Counted from the first letter of the stretch, positions 20,258-30,565 are shown. The stretch is DNA of 64,000 nucleotides from Holosporales bacterium (GCA_031268985.1 JAIRWN010000030.1:20485-84484), one strand, 5' to 3'. Made by a program: numbers and translations. Notes: a model not told the origin generated them from the sequence alone.

Positions 20258-21460
20258 CTAATATCCGGACAACAATTCATAATTTTGTTGAAAAGAGGTT
20301 TTCTTCAATTGTCTAAGGGCACGGGCTAAATCTTGCAGAAATAAATCAATATCGCTTTCATCAGTGAAACGACCTATACCCACTCTTAACGTGTTCCTCG
20401 AAGAAGCATGTAAGGCTTGCAAAACATGAGACGTGTGTCCTTGCCCATAACAAGACGAAGCTACAGAGATAGCAAAGTTGGACATAAGACGTACTACCTC
20501 GCCTGTGTCAATATTCCCTAGGCTTATGCTAATGTTGCCAGGAATGCGCTTTATATGGTCTCCATTTAGCGTTGCGTTTGGAACTAATTTAATAATGCCC
20601 TTCAACAGGCGTTTTTGAAGAAAAGAAATTTTTTTGGCCTCTCGGTTCATGGACTTTTCGCATATGGCGCATGCCTCGCCCAGCGCTACACAAAGTGGGA
20701 CTGGCAAAGTTCCCGACCTGACACCAAGCTGCTGACCGCCGCCCCAAAAAAGAGGAACGATTTTTACGCCTTTACGAATGTAAAGCGCGCCAATTCCCTT
20801 TGGGGCGTAAATTTTATGTCCAGATACAGTGAGCGCGTCAATGTTTTTGACGTTAAGATGAATCTTTCCAGCTGCTTGAGAAGCGTCGCAGTGAAAAATT
20901 ATTTCACGTTTTCTGCATATTCTCCCTATTTCATCGAAAGGCTGGATTACGCCAATTTCATTGTTGGCCGCCATAATTGAGACCAAGATCGTGTCTGAAC
21001 GAATGGCTTTTACAAGTTGTTTTACGTCCAGGACTCCGTTTGGTTTGACAGGAAGATATGTAACAATGAAGCCTTCCAGGTGACGCGCTGCTTCAAGCAC
21101 GCTTTTATGCTCGGTGACGCAGACGATTATATGATGACCTTTGCGAGCGTATGCTTTCGCTATTCCTTGGATAGCCAAGTTATTCGACTCAGTTGCGCCG
21201 GACGTAAAGAATATTTCTTCAGGTTTTGCTCTTATAAGACTGGCAATTTGCCGGCGCGCGCGAACAACCGCATCCATGGATTTTTTATGCTGGATTCCCA
21301 TGCCGTGCGGATTTGTTGGATTATCAAAAATATAAGGCCACATAGCATCGACTACGCGCGGATCGCACGGCGTGCTGGCTTGATAATCCAAATATGTGCC
21401 GAAAGCGTAACAACCAAGTATGGCTCCTGCCAGGAAAAACGCTCGAGCAAACTTAGTCAA
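20258..21460 (-). CDS. Cysteine desulfurase (IscS/NifS family, class V aminotransferase)
   Basis: YLDYQASTP, TSGATESNN, and SGHKIYAPKGIGALYIRKG (PLP-Lys). The true start may be downstream of the ORF-track Met. Confidence 0.9.
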   Translation of the reverse strand: MTKFARAFFLAGAILGCYAFGTYLDYQASTPCDPRVVDAMWPYIFDNPTNPHGMGIQHKKSMDAVVRARRQIASLIRAKPEEIFFTSGATESNNLAIQGIAKAYARKGHHIIVCVTEHKSVLEAARHLEGFIVTYLPVKPNGVLDVKQLVKAIRSDTILVSIMAANNEIGVIQPFDEIGRICRKREIIFHCDASQAAGKIHLNVKNIDALTVSGHKIYAPKGIGALYIRKGVKIVPLFWGGGQQLGVRSGTLPVPLCVALGEACAICEKSMNREAKKISFLQKRLLKGIIKLVPNATLNGDHIKRIPGNISISLGNIDTGEVVRLMSNFAISVASSCYGQGHTSHVLQALHASSRNTLRVGIGRFTDESDIDLFLQDLARALRQLKKTSFQQNYELLSGY

Positions 21461-21777
21461 AACGGCAGCTTAAACCCAGCCGGCGCCATGCCGCCGGTCA
21501 GCGATGACATTTTTTCCGACAACTGCGTTTCAAGTTTGGATTTAGCATCGTTAAAAGCGGCTATGATAAGGTCGTTCAGAACTTCGGCGTCTTCTGGGTT
21601 GAGCACGCTGGGATCTACGTCTATTTTTTTCAGCTCGCTTTTACCATTAATAAGCAGCTTAACCATGCCTCCGCCAGATGAGCCCTCGATCTGAAGCTCT
21701 TGCATCTGGTTCTGCATTTCCATGAATTTGGACTGCAGTTGTTGAGCCTGTTTAAACATATTTTTGAAGTCAGTCAT
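21457..21777 (-). CDS. ybaB: Nucleoid-associated protein YbaB/EbfC
   Basis: MFKQAQQLQSKFMEMQ...GGGMVKLLINGK and its position directly downstream of dnaX. Confidence 0.9.
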   Translation of the reverse strand: MTDFKNMFKQAQQLQSKFMEMQNQMQELQIEGSSGGGMVKLLINGKSELKKIDVDPSVLNPEDAEVLNDLIIAAFNDAKSKLETQLSEKMSSLTGGMAPAGFKLPF

Positions 21778-21778
21778 A

Positions 21779-23341
21779 CTACTCCTTCTTTGTTATTTTC
21801 AGCTTAGCTTGTGGAAACAAATCCTTTGCCGTCCTAATAAAATCAGATTTTTCTATTGCAGATATTTCTTCCGATTGCCTGATTTTATCCTGTTCAGATA
21901 TCGACAGTAAAGAAGGATTATCCGAGGATATGGTCACGTGCCACTTTTCATTTGTCAGTCTTGATAACGTCATTTCAAGACGCTTTTCAAAACCGTCGGA
22001 TAATTTCTGTTTTTGCGCTAAAACCAAAATTGGCGGATTACATTCAGCAACAGCCGCGCACTGCTTTAGTTCGTTAAGAAGGATAGCCTCACGATTTTTG
22101 GTTAGGCACTCAAGCAAAGAATCTATATCGGTTATTGTTTGCAGTTCCGTTTTTGGCTCAACTTCTTTTAACTGACAAATGCCGGTTTCTGGCCGATTTT
22201 TGTCAAGGCTGCTGAGTATATCGGTAAGCTCTGGGAGTTTTGCAAGGTAACAAAGCCTTATGAGAATTGCCTCTGTCGCATAATCCGGTTGCGGCGCGAG
22301 CTTTATTTCCTCCAGCGCACGAAAACATGCCTGCCACATGCGAGATAAGCCTGCGACTGACATTTTTGGAAGTACGCTGTTTTCAAGGTCGTTTTTCAGC
22401 TCTCCCTGCGCGAAATTATCATCAAAAGGCTGAATCGAAGTTTTTTTGCATGTCAGCCAATGAACAATTTCAAGCATTCTGTTTATAAGCTCGGCCGGGA
22501 GCCCTCCGCTTTTGGAATATTCTCTGAATTTGACTATGCTGTTTTTTGCGTCTCCAAGCAGGCAGGCCTTGACAGCCTCATACACAACAGCATAATCGCC
22601 ATGCCCAAGCAGCGTTTTTACTGCTTCAACCGATACTTTTTCGCAAAAATTAATTGCTTGTTCCAGTATCGATATGGAATCGCGCGCGGAACCCCCGGAA
22701 GCTCTTGCAATAATATTGAGCGCTTCAACATCAGCAGATACGCCTTCTTGATTCAATATGTTGGCAAGATGCTGCGCTAATAGGTTAACCGGGATCGGTT
22801 TAAGATCAAATTTTAAACATCTGGATAAGACCGTTTCCGGAACCCGATAGGTTTCTGTTGTGGCAAACAGGAATTTAACATGCGGCGGCGGTTCCTCAAG
22901 CGTCTTGAGCAGAGCGTTAAACGCGCTTTTGGACAGCATGTGAACTTCATCGATGATGTATATTTTATATTTGCATTCAACCGGCTTGTATTTGCATGAT
23001 TCAATAAGTTCACGGACGTCGTCAACACTTGTATGGCTAGCGGCGTCTATCTCTATCACATCCATATGGCGTTCGCCCAAGATATCCTGACATGTTTTGC
23101 ACATGCAGCATGGCTCTGCGCTGGTTTCTGGTCGATTGGGACAATTAAGCGCCCGCGCCAGTATTCTTGCGGTTGAAGTTTTGCCTGTCCCGCGAATACC
23201 AGTGAACAAAATAGCTCCGCTCAAACGATTTTTTATAACTGCGGCAGTTAAAACTCGTACCGAAACATCCTGCCCGATAAGTTCGCTGAACTTTTGCGAC
23301 CTGTATTTAAGAAACAGAGGGATATATGTCGACATTTCCAT
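21779..23341 (-). CDS. dnaX: DNA polymerase III subunit gamma/tau
   Basis: FSELIGQD, GIRGTGKTSTARILARALNC, CxxCxxC zinc module, IIDEVHMLS, FLFATTE, SRC. Confidence 0.95.
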   Translation of the reverse strand: MEMSTYIPLFLKYRSQKFSELIGQDVSVRVLTAAVIKNRLSGAILFTGIRGTGKTSTARILARALNCPNRPETSAEPCCMCKTCQDILGERHMDVIEIDAASHTSVDDVRELIESCKYKPVECKYKIYIIDEVHMLSKSAFNALLKTLEEPPPHVKFLFATTETYRVPETVLSRCLKFDLKPIPVNLLAQHLANILNQEGVSADVEALNIIARASGGSARDSISILEQAINFCEKVSVEAVKTLLGHGDYAVVYEAVKACLLGDAKNSIVKFREYSKSGGLPAELINRMLEIVHWLTCKKTSIQPFDDNFAQGELKNDLENSVLPKMSVAGLSRMWQACFRALEEIKLAPQPDYATEAILIRLCYLAKLPELTDILSSLDKNRPETGICQLKEVEPKTELQTITDIDSLLECLTKNREAILLNELKQCAAVAECNPPILVLAQKQKLSDGFEKRLEMTLSRLTNEKWHVTISSDNPSLLSISEQDKIRQSEEISAIEKSDFIRTAKDLFPQAKLKITKKE

Positions 23342-23361
23342 TTGATGGGGGTTACATAAAC

Positions 23362-23458
23362 TTAAGGAACGTTATCGACCCAAACATAGACTGTTGCGGC
23401 TGCTTCCTTCCAGACCTGACCGGGTTCACAATTTGTTCGTCCAACAACGTTCCCAACC
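23362..23458 (-). ncRNA. ffs: Signal recognition particle RNA (small/4.5S type)
   Basis: The minus strand reads ACCCGGTCAGGTCTGGAAGGAAGCAGCCGCAAC, matching the conserved domain IV (CAGGUCAGGUCCGGAAGGAAGCAGCC in E. coli). It is closed by GGAACGTT/AACGTTCC and lies immediately upstream of dnaX, as in many bacteria. The ends are approximate. Confidence 0.8.
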
Positions 23459-23630
23459 AAGGATATACTCATTGCAGCGCAAGGACAAATGTGTTTTTTG
23501 AAATAAGCCTGAGCGCAGATACTTTAAGATTGGCGTTATATGATTATGATATAGCGGGTTTGACATAAAAGACGTTAACAATTAATTCCTGTCCCGGTTA
23601 ATTTTACATATATGAAAAGTCGGCAGTGAC

Positions 23631-24362
23631 TTACTGATCAAAGTCAACTTCAGCAAGAACTTCCGCTTGTTTTTTTGTTATTATTTTTATCGCATTTGAA
23701 GCCATTAGCATCAGGGCGTTCATGTGATCGTTTGTAAAGGGGCCGTCCTCGCCGGTTGCCTGTACTTCCACAAGTTTTCCGGCTCCAGTCATGACAAAAT
23801 TTGCGTCTACGTGCGCGTTGCTGTCCTCATTATAATCAAGATCCGCCATAAGCGTACCATCGACTATGCCGCAAGAAATAGCCGCTACGCTGTCTATTAT
23901 CGGGCTTTGATGAATAACACGCTCGAAAATTAGCTTCTTACACGCAATCGCTAAAGCTATGTATCCTCCGCATATCGAAGATGTTCTTGTTCCTCCGTCA
24001 GCTTGGATCACGTCGCAATCTATGTGTATTTGTCTTTCACCAAGTTTTTTTGGGACAATTATGGCTCTCAAAGCTCGTCCTATTAAACGCTGTATTTCCT
24101 GAGTGCGGCCGCTTAGTTTGCCTTTTGACGACTCTCTTTCGATGCGGGTGTTTGTTGATCTTGGCAACATGGAATATTCCGCAGTGACCCATCCCATTCC
24201 TTTGTTTCGAAGGAATGGGGGAACTTTATCTTCAACCGAAGCAGTGCATATAACATGAGTATTGCCAAACTTTACAAGACAACTTCCTTCAGCGTATTTC
24301 ATGATGTTTGGCTCGAAAGATATCGACCTAAGCTCAGACAGTCCTCGATTAGCGCGCATCAT
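23631..24362 (-). CDS. rph: Ribonuclease PH
   Basis: LRSISFEPNIMKYAEGSCLVKFGNTHVICTAS and GRTQEIQRLIGRALR. The start is moved to the MMRANRG Met, because the ORF-track N-extension overlaps the hrcA promoter region. Confidence 0.9.
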   Translation of the reverse strand: MMRANRGLSELRSISFEPNIMKYAEGSCLVKFGNTHVICTASVEDKVPPFLRNKGMGWVTAEYSMLPRSTNTRIERESSKGKLSGRTQEIQRLIGRALRAIIVPKKLGERQIHIDCDVIQADGGTRTSSICGGYIALAIACKKLIFERVIHQSPIIDSVAAISCGIVDGTLMADLDYNEDSNAHVDANFVMTGAGKLVEVQATGEDGPFTNDHMNALMLMASNAIKIITKKQAEVLAEVDFDQ

Positions 24363-24435
24363 ATGTGCTTCACCCTTTATGTTTGTATGTTCTAAGTATA
24401 TACTGCGCGCATGTTTATTAGTAAAGCCACAGTTT

Positions 24436-25476
24436 ATGGCCAATTTGTCTGATATAGACAAGCGTGCACAAGATATATTTAAGCGGCTTGTCGATGTTTA
24501 CATTGAAACGGGCGAACCTGTAGGATCTAGAACTTTATCCAAAACTATGGGGATTTCTCTATCTCCGGCGACCATAAGAAACGTTATGTCTGATCTGGAG
24601 GATGCGGGACTGCTTTACGCCCCGCATATTTCAGCTGGAAGGATTCCGACGAACGAAGGATTGCAAATATTTGTGCAAGCGCTGCTTGAAATGGGAGACC
24701 TGTCAGTAGACGAAAAGGACAAAATTGAGCATAGTCTGCCTATTTCTGGCAGGTCTATTCAAGACATGCTTGAAGGTATTGCGCATAATCTTTCCGGGCT
24801 TACGAAATGCGCAGGGTTGGTCATCGCGCCTAAGGTGGACTCAAAACTTAAGCACATGGAGTTTGTTTATCTTGCTCCTAAACGAGCGTTGATCGTGATC
24901 GTCACAGCGGATGGATTTGTTGAGAATAGAATTATCGAGACTTCCGTAGAAATAACGCCTTCGATATTGAGCGAGGCAAGCAACTTTTTGAACCACCTCA
25001 TCACTGATCGCACATTGACGGAAGTACAACAAATCGTACAGAAAGGAATGGAGGCAAACAGGGCGCATCTTAACGAACTGACCATTCGAGTATTGGAAAG
25101 CGGTTTGGCGGTAAAGTCTTGCACAGATAGTAATAATGAGTGCTATATTGTTCGAGGAAGATCGAATCTCTTAAGCAACGTTCAGAGGGCCGACGAACTT
25201 GAGCAAATGCGTCAATTGTTTAACACGCTTGAAACCAAGGAGATAATTAAACAGCTTTTGGATCTTGTAATTACTGCTGATGGAGTGCAGATATTTATAG
25301 GCTCGGAGAACTCTCTGTTTAACATATCCGGATGCTCGGTTGTTATTTCGCCGTGTATGGTGCCCGGATCAAAAATGATCGGTGCTGTTGGCGTTGTTGG
25401 GCCATCGCGTATAAATTATGGCCGAATAATTCCGTTAGTGGATTTTACGGCGAGAATTGTGGAGAAAATGTTTTGA
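24436..25476 (+). CDS. hrcA: Heat-inducible transcription repressor HrcA
   Basis: From the ATG at 24436: MANLSDIDKRAQDIFKRLVDVYIETGEPVGSRTLSK, the canonical HrcA N-terminus. Followed by grpE. Confidence 0.9.
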   Translation: MANLSDIDKRAQDIFKRLVDVYIETGEPVGSRTLSKTMGISLSPATIRNVMSDLEDAGLLYAPHISAGRIPTNEGLQIFVQALLEMGDLSVDEKDKIEHSLPISGRSIQDMLEGIAHNLSGLTKCAGLVIAPKVDSKLKHMEFVYLAPKRALIVIVTADGFVENRIIETSVEITPSILSEASNFLNHLITDRTLTEVQQIVQKGMEANRAHLNELTIRVLESGLAVKSCTDSNNECYIVRGRSNLLSNVQRADELEQMRQLFNTLETKEIIKQLLDLVITADGVQIFIGSENSLFNISGCSVVISPCMVPGSKMIGAVGVVGPSRINYGRIIPLVDFTARIVEKMF

Positions 25477-25508
25477 GTTTTGAGTTGGGGAATTTCGAGT
25501 AGGAAAAT

Positions 25509-26072
25509 ATGCATAAAAAACATCATTCTGAGGAAGAAGAAAACAAAGTCAACCCTTCAGCGGAGGATCATATTTCTGAGTACAATTGCAGCGCTGAGAC
25601 GGTTGTTAATCCGATAGCCGAAAAAGATGCAGAGATATCTAAACTTAAAGATTCTTTGCTCAGAGCGATGGCAGAAAATGAAAACTTTCAAAAACGCGCT
25701 CAACGTGAAAAAGACGATCTGATTAAATATTCTTTAAGCAAATTCGCGCGTGATTTGCTTCCGGTGCTGGACAATTTTTCTAGAGCGCTTACAACAACCG
25801 GCGATGGCAGCAGCGGTCTTTTTGACGGGATAAAAATGACCGAAAAAGAACTTGTGGCTGTTCTTGAACGTTATGGCGTTAAGCCGGTAAAGGCGGCATC
25901 CGGTGACGTTTTTGATCCGGCGCATCATCAGGCTATGGTTGAGGTTGAGCGAGTCGATATTGCGCCGGGACATATAGCCGAAATTCTTCAGCCTGGATAT
26001 GTTATCCATGATCGATTGCTTCGTCCGGCCCTAGTCAGTGTTGTGAAAGACTCAGGCGCTGAAATAAAATAA
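25509..26072 (+). CDS. grpE: Nucleotide exchange factor GrpE
   Basis: LLRAMAENENFQKRAQREK and FDPAHHQAM...GYVIHDRLLRPALV. Confidence 0.9.
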   Translation: MHKKHHSEEEENKVNPSAEDHISEYNCSAETVVNPIAEKDAEISKLKDSLLRAMAENENFQKRAQREKDDLIKYSLSKFARDLLPVLDNFSRALTTTGDGSSGLFDGIKMTEKELVAVLERYGVKPVKAASGDVFDPAHHQAMVEVERVDIAPGHIAEILQPGYVIHDRLLRPALVSVVKDSGAEIK

Positions 26073-26073
26073 T

Positions 26074-27180
26074 ATGGGTTTTAACTGTGGGATTGTGGGC
26101 TTGCCGAATGTTGGAAAATCAACGCTGTTTAATGCACTGGCTCAAACTACTGCGGCCCAAGCAGCCAATTATCCGTTTTGCACCATCGACCCAAACGTTG
26201 GATTGGTAAGCGTTCCGGACGTACGCCTTGATAAGCTGGCAGAGCTTACGCGTTCCGCAAGGAAGATCCACGCTCAGCTTGAAATTGTTGACATTGCGGG
26301 ATTGGTAAAGAAAGCTAGCGAAGGCGAGGGGCTAGGCAATCAATTCCTTGCTCGTATCCGTGAAGTCGACGCTATTCTTCATGTTCTAAGGTGCTTTGAA
26401 GATAATGACGTTACTCACGTGGAGGGATCCGTCAATCCAATACGCGATGCAGAGATAGTTGATACAGAGCTTATGCTTGCCGATCTTGATAGCCTGCAAA
26501 AGCAAAGAAACAATCTTGAAAAAAAATATCGCACCATCAAGGACCTGGAAATGGAATTGACTTTGATTCTCATAGACCGCGCTATTAAAGTACTGGAACA
26601 AGGAACGTCGGCCAGGAAAGTATGCTTGAATAGCGCAGAAGAGATAAGGTTGTTTGCGGGGCTGCAACTTATGACATATAAGCCTGTGCTTTATGTCTGC
26701 AATGTCGCTGAAAGCGAGATTTTATCTGGAAATAAGTTTACAGACCAAGTACTAGATTTGGCAAGAAAAGAAAGCTCAAGCGTTGTTATGGCTTCCGCTG
26801 CAATAGAAGCAGAGATTGCCCTTCTGAAAAATGAAGAGGAAAAGCGCGAGTATCTTCAATCTATTGGGCTGGGCGAGGCTGGGCTATCACGAATAGTACG
26901 CGAAGGGTATAAACTTCTTAATCTCATAACATTTTTTACGGCAGGCGAAAAAGAAACTCGCGCATGGACTGTGCGATATGGCGCTAAAGCGTCGGAAGCG
27001 GCAGGCGTTATACATACTGATTTTCAACGTGGTTTTATCTGCGCCGAGACAATTTCTTACGAAGACTATGTGTCTCTTGGCGGTGAAATCGCATCAAAAA
27101 ACGCAGGAAAAATGCGTCTTGAGGGGAAAGACTATGTGCTTAAGGACGGCGATATAATGCATTTTAGGTTTAATGTCTGA
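26074..27180 (+). CDS. ychF: Redox-regulated ATPase YchF
   Basis: GIVGLPNVGKSTLFNAL, YPFCTIDPN, DIAGLVKKASEGEGLGNQFL, and the C-terminal TGS-like DGDIMHFRFNV. Confidence 0.95.
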   Translation: MGFNCGIVGLPNVGKSTLFNALAQTTAAQAANYPFCTIDPNVGLVSVPDVRLDKLAELTRSARKIHAQLEIVDIAGLVKKASEGEGLGNQFLARIREVDAILHVLRCFEDNDVTHVEGSVNPIRDAEIVDTELMLADLDSLQKQRNNLEKKYRTIKDLEMELTLILIDRAIKVLEQGTSARKVCLNSAEEIRLFAGLQLMTYKPVLYVCNVAESEILSGNKFTDQVLDLARKESSSVVMASAAIEAEIALLKNEEEKREYLQSIGLGEAGLSRIVREGYKLLNLITFFTAGEKETRAWTVRYGAKASEAAGVIHTDFQRGFICAETISYEDYVSLGGEIASKNAGKMRLEGKDYVLKDGDIMHFRFNV

Positions 27181-27203
27181 TACTATGGAAAATTGGAGGA
27201 AAA

Positions 27204-28589
27204 ATGCATCAGCCAATTCAGATAATAGACTTAAGTCTGTCCTTTCCCCACAAAACATGCTTTGAAAATTTTTCGGCACAAATTTTATTTGGCGACCGTA
27301 TAGCAATTATTGGACGCAACGGAAGCGGGAAGTCTTCTTTGTTAAAGGTTATAGCCAGTAAAAATTCAAACGAATCTCTGTCATATATTCCGCAGATTAT
27401 AGATGATTTTAACGAGTTAAGCGGCGGAGAGCGTTTTAATAAAAAACTTTCCCAAGCTTTAAGCAAATACCCATCAATTTTTTTGTTAGACGAGCCGACC
27501 AACCATCTGGATTTGAAAAATCGTAAAAGTTTGATGCGTATGCTTAAAGCATATTACGGAACATTGATCATTGCTACCCATGATAAAGAGCTGCTTCACA
27601 GCTGCATCAACATTCTGTGGCATATTGACGGTGGAAGGATCACAGTTTTCCGTGGGAGCTATGATGATTATATAAGAGAAAAACGCATAAAACATCACTC
27701 CATTTCTCGAAAAATAAATGCGCTAGAACACGATAGAAATGCCATGCATAAAAGTTTGATGAAAGAACAAGAGCGCGTATCGCAAAGTATAAAAATCGGT
27801 AAACAAAAAATAGCTAACAAAAAGTGGATGAAGAGCGCCGGAGATTTAAAAGTTATGAAAGCAGAAAAATCTCAGGGGAACAGACTAAAGAGCATTGATG
27901 AGAAAAAACAGGAATTGCTGGATCGGTTATCCGAAATTCGTTTGCCAGAAATTATTACCCCAAAGTTTTATTTACCCTGTCAGAAAAATACCAAAAGAAC
28001 CATAGTGTCAATCGTTAACGGCTCAGTTGGATATTCGGATAAAGTTGTTTTGCACAATATAAACTTGTCCGTTGAATCGCAGGAACACGTTGCCATTATC
28101 GGGAATAACGGCAGTGGAAAAACTACCCTTGTTAGAGCAATTTATGCAGATCTGATGGTAACAAGAGGTGGATATTGGGTTGTGCCACACCCTAGGAATA
28201 TTGGATATTTAGATCAACGCTATGGAAATTTGGATCCTGATAAATCCGCCGTTGAAATTATTAGGGAAGAAACGTCCTGGGACCGCAAAGAAGTCCGCGG
28301 GTTCTTAAACGATTTTTTGTTCAGAAAAAACGAGGAGGCGAACGCGCCTATAAAAGCATTGTCTGAAGGAGAGAAAGCGCGACTTTCTCTTGCTAAAATT
28401 GCAGCTAATCCTCCGCAATTGCTGATCTTAGATGAAATTACAAATAATATTGATTTGGAGACTCGCGATCACATAATCGAGATCCTAAGAGAATATCGAG
28501 GCGCTATGCTCGTTATATCTCACGATGAGTTTTTTCTGGTTGCCGCTCATATTGAGCGGCGCCTCAATGTCTCGGTTAGCTCTGAATAG
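27204..28589 (+). CDS. ABC-F family ATPase (two NBDs, no TMD; compact NBD1)
   Basis: GRNGSGKSSLL / LSGGE / LLDEPTNHLD, then a charged linker, then GNNGSGKTTL / LSEGEKARL / LILDEITNNID. Confidence 0.8.
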   Translation: MHQPIQIIDLSLSFPHKTCFENFSAQILFGDRIAIIGRNGSGKSSLLKVIASKNSNESLSYIPQIIDDFNELSGGERFNKKLSQALSKYPSIFLLDEPTNHLDLKNRKSLMRMLKAYYGTLIIATHDKELLHSCINILWHIDGGRITVFRGSYDDYIREKRIKHHSISRKINALEHDRNAMHKSLMKEQERVSQSIKIGKQKIANKKWMKSAGDLKVMKAEKSQGNRLKSIDEKKQELLDRLSEIRLPEIITPKFYLPCQKNTKRTIVSIVNGSVGYSDKVVLHNINLSVESQEHVAIIGNNGSGKTTLVRAIYADLMVTRGGYWVVPHPRNIGYLDQRYGNLDPDKSAVEIIREETSWDRKEVRGFLNDFLFRKNEEANAPIKALSEGEKARLSLAKIAANPPQLLILDEITNNIDLETRDHIIEILREYRGAMLVISHDEFFLVAAHIERRLNVSVSSE

Positions 28590-28609
28590 TATTCGAGTTG
28601 TGTTAATAT

Positions 28610-30565
28610 GTGAATAGAATCGGTTTGGAGGCTTTGCGATTGAATAGACTGGAAAACATCATAGCGCTAACCGAATCCTACCTGACCAAAGAAGAAATCC
28701 TCTCCATAAAAAAAGCTTATTTTATTGCTCAAAAAGCTCATAAGGGGCAGAAACGCTTGTCTGGCGAATCTTATTTTACTCATGCGGAAGAGGTCGGATT
28801 TATACTCGCAGATATGGGACTTGACGCTGTCACAATCGTAAGCGGCTTATTGCATGATACTATTGAAGATACAAATTTAACAAAAGAAGCTATAGAAAAA
28901 GATTGCGGACCAGAAGTCGCCGCCGTAGTGGAAGGGGTCACAAAACTTAGCAAAGTTTCTCTGAAATCTGAACGTACTCAACAGATAAAAAATTATTGTA
29001 AACTCTTATTGGCACTATCGACAGATATTCGCGTTGTCTTTGTGAAACTTGCAGACCGTTTACACAACATGAGGACAATAGGAGAGCATGATGCTGATAA
29101 AAGATATAAAATTTCACACGAGACGCTCAATGTATTTACTACGCTTGCCGATATAGTCGGAATGAATAAGGTAAAAAATGAACTTGAGACCTTGTCGTTT
29201 GAACAGATCAATCCGAATGAGAAAAAAGTTATAGAGCGGAGGCTCGATGAACTTGAAAAAGAAAATAAAAAAACAATCAACAATGTTGTATTGGCTATTA
29301 AAAGCCTGCTGAAAAACACATTTTTTGAATTTGAAGTTACTGGACGGCTGAAAAGTTCATACTCTATTTGGGAGAAAATGCGCAGGAGAAGTTTTAACCT
29401 GCTTCAAATAAGCGATATTATTGCGATTCGCGTTGTTGTTGAGAGCATTGAAGATTGCTACCACGCGCTCGGAATTGTACATTCCAGGTATGCCGCTATC
29501 CAAGGAAAATTTAAAGATTATATAAGCGTGCCCAAAAGGAATAATTACCAATCTATTCATACAATTGTCACTATTGCAAAACCCTGCAATCAACAAATCG
29601 AAATTCAAATCCGTACAAAAGAAATGGACGAGGTTGCTGAATATGGCATCGCTGCGCACTGGAATTACAAAAAGAAAATAGGCAGTATTGAAAACTTTAA
29701 CAATTACGGATGGATGAGAAACTTTTTAAGCAATGTGAACAGAAAATTTCCTATGATGTATTCAGGAGAAAATAGTAAAGGCGACTTGCTTGGCACGGAG
29801 ATTTTTTGCTTTACCCCGAATGGAGACATTATAACTCTCGCTAAAGAGGCTACTGTGCTGGATTTTGCCTATGCAATTCATACATTGGTCGGGCACACGT
29901 GTGTAGGCGCAAAGGTGAATGGAGTTCCGGTTATCTCGTCAAAAGAATTGTTAAATGGCGACACTGTTGAGATCTCTACGTCTTTTTTTCAAAAGCCATC
30001 TCCATCCTGGCTGAGTAAAGTTATAACTCGGAAAGCAAAAAATAATATTAAGAAGTTTTTAAAATCTAGAGAATGCGAAAAATATAGGGGTCTTGGCAAA
30101 AGTATGGCCATAGAAGCAGCAAAGGAATCCGGCTTGGTTTTCTCGGAAAAAAATGTAGAAGATTATTTGGTTAAGTCTTTGAGTTGCAATTCGTCAGATG
30201 ATTTATACATAAAGGTCGGGCAGTGCTTTATAACCACTCACAAGCTGAAGCTATTGTTCAAACAATACAAACTAAATAAGACGAATAAGCGACAAGCTAA
30301 TAATAACGTTAATATCGTCTGCCATAACGAGGATTGGCAGGCTATCACTGTGCAGGCAGACGAGCACCGAAAGCTGCTTTATGACATTGTGAATACTTTG
30401 TGCGAATGCGATGTGGACATTATTAGTATGCAAACCGAACTAATTGAAGATAATATGATTTACATTTCATTTGCTATTCGCCGCATTGGTATCCAACAAA
30501 TCCAAGAAGTAACGAAAACTATCGCAAGCATTAAAGGTGTAATAGAGGTGAAGGACGTCCCATGA
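28610..30565 (+). CDS. spoT: Bifunctional (p)ppGpp synthetase/hydrolase (RelA/SpoT homologue)
   Basis: HD domain (HDTIEDT). Synthetase motifs (RLKSSYSIWEKMRR, YQSIHT, EIQIRTKEMD). A TGS segment (FTPNGDIITL...GAKVNG) and a C-terminal ACT-like region. GTG start. Confidence 0.9.
   Translation: MNRIGLEALRLNRLENIIALTESYLTKEEILSIKKAYFIAQKAHKGQKRLSGESYFTHAEEVGFILADMGLDAVTIVSGLLHDTIEDTNLTKEAIEKDCGPEVAAVVEGVTKLSKVSLKSERTQQIKNYCKLLLALSTDIRVVFVKLADRLHNMRTIGEHDADKRYKISHETLNVFTTLADIVGMNKVKNELETLSFEQINPNEKKVIERRLDELEKENKKTINNVVLAIKSLLKNTFFEFEVTGRLKSSYSIWEKMRRRSFNLLQISDIIAIRVVVESIEDCYHALGIVHSRYAAIQGKFKDYISVPKRNNYQSIHTIVTIAKPCNQQIEIQIRTKEMDEVAEYGIAAHWNYKKKIGSIENFNNYGWMRNFLSNVNRKFPMMYSGENSKGDLLGTEIFCFTPNGDIITLAKEATVLDFAYAIHTLVGHTCVGAKVNGVPVISSKELLNGDTVEISTSFFQKPSPSWLSKVITRKAKNNIKKFLKSRECEKYRGLGKSMAIEAAKESGLVFSEKNVEDYLVKSLSCNSSDDLYIKVGQCFITTHKLKLLFKQYKLNKTNKRQANNNVNIVCHNEDWQAITVQADEHRKLLYDIVNTLCECDVDIISMQTELIEDNMIYISFAIRRIGIQQIQEVTKTIASIKGVIEVKDVP

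Noticed and set aside
21017-21694. 225-aa + strand ORF overlapping the cysteine desulfurase and ybaB genes
   Set aside because: It is antisense to two strongly supported genes and has no recognisable motif. This is a typical shadow ORF.
24363-24461. N-terminal extensions of rph (to 24461), hrcA (from 24262) and asd (from 60101) in the ORF track
   Set aside because: The extensions overlap the divergent neighbour or the intergenic promoter region, and they precede the canonical family N-termini (MMRANRG, MANLSDIDKRAQ, MNKEPKKYNIAVVGATG).
24363-25508. CIRCE operator (TTAGCACTC-N9-GAGTGCTAA) near hrcA/grpE
   Set aside because: I searched the rph-hrcA and hrcA-grpE intergenic sequences by eye and found no match to the inverted repeat.
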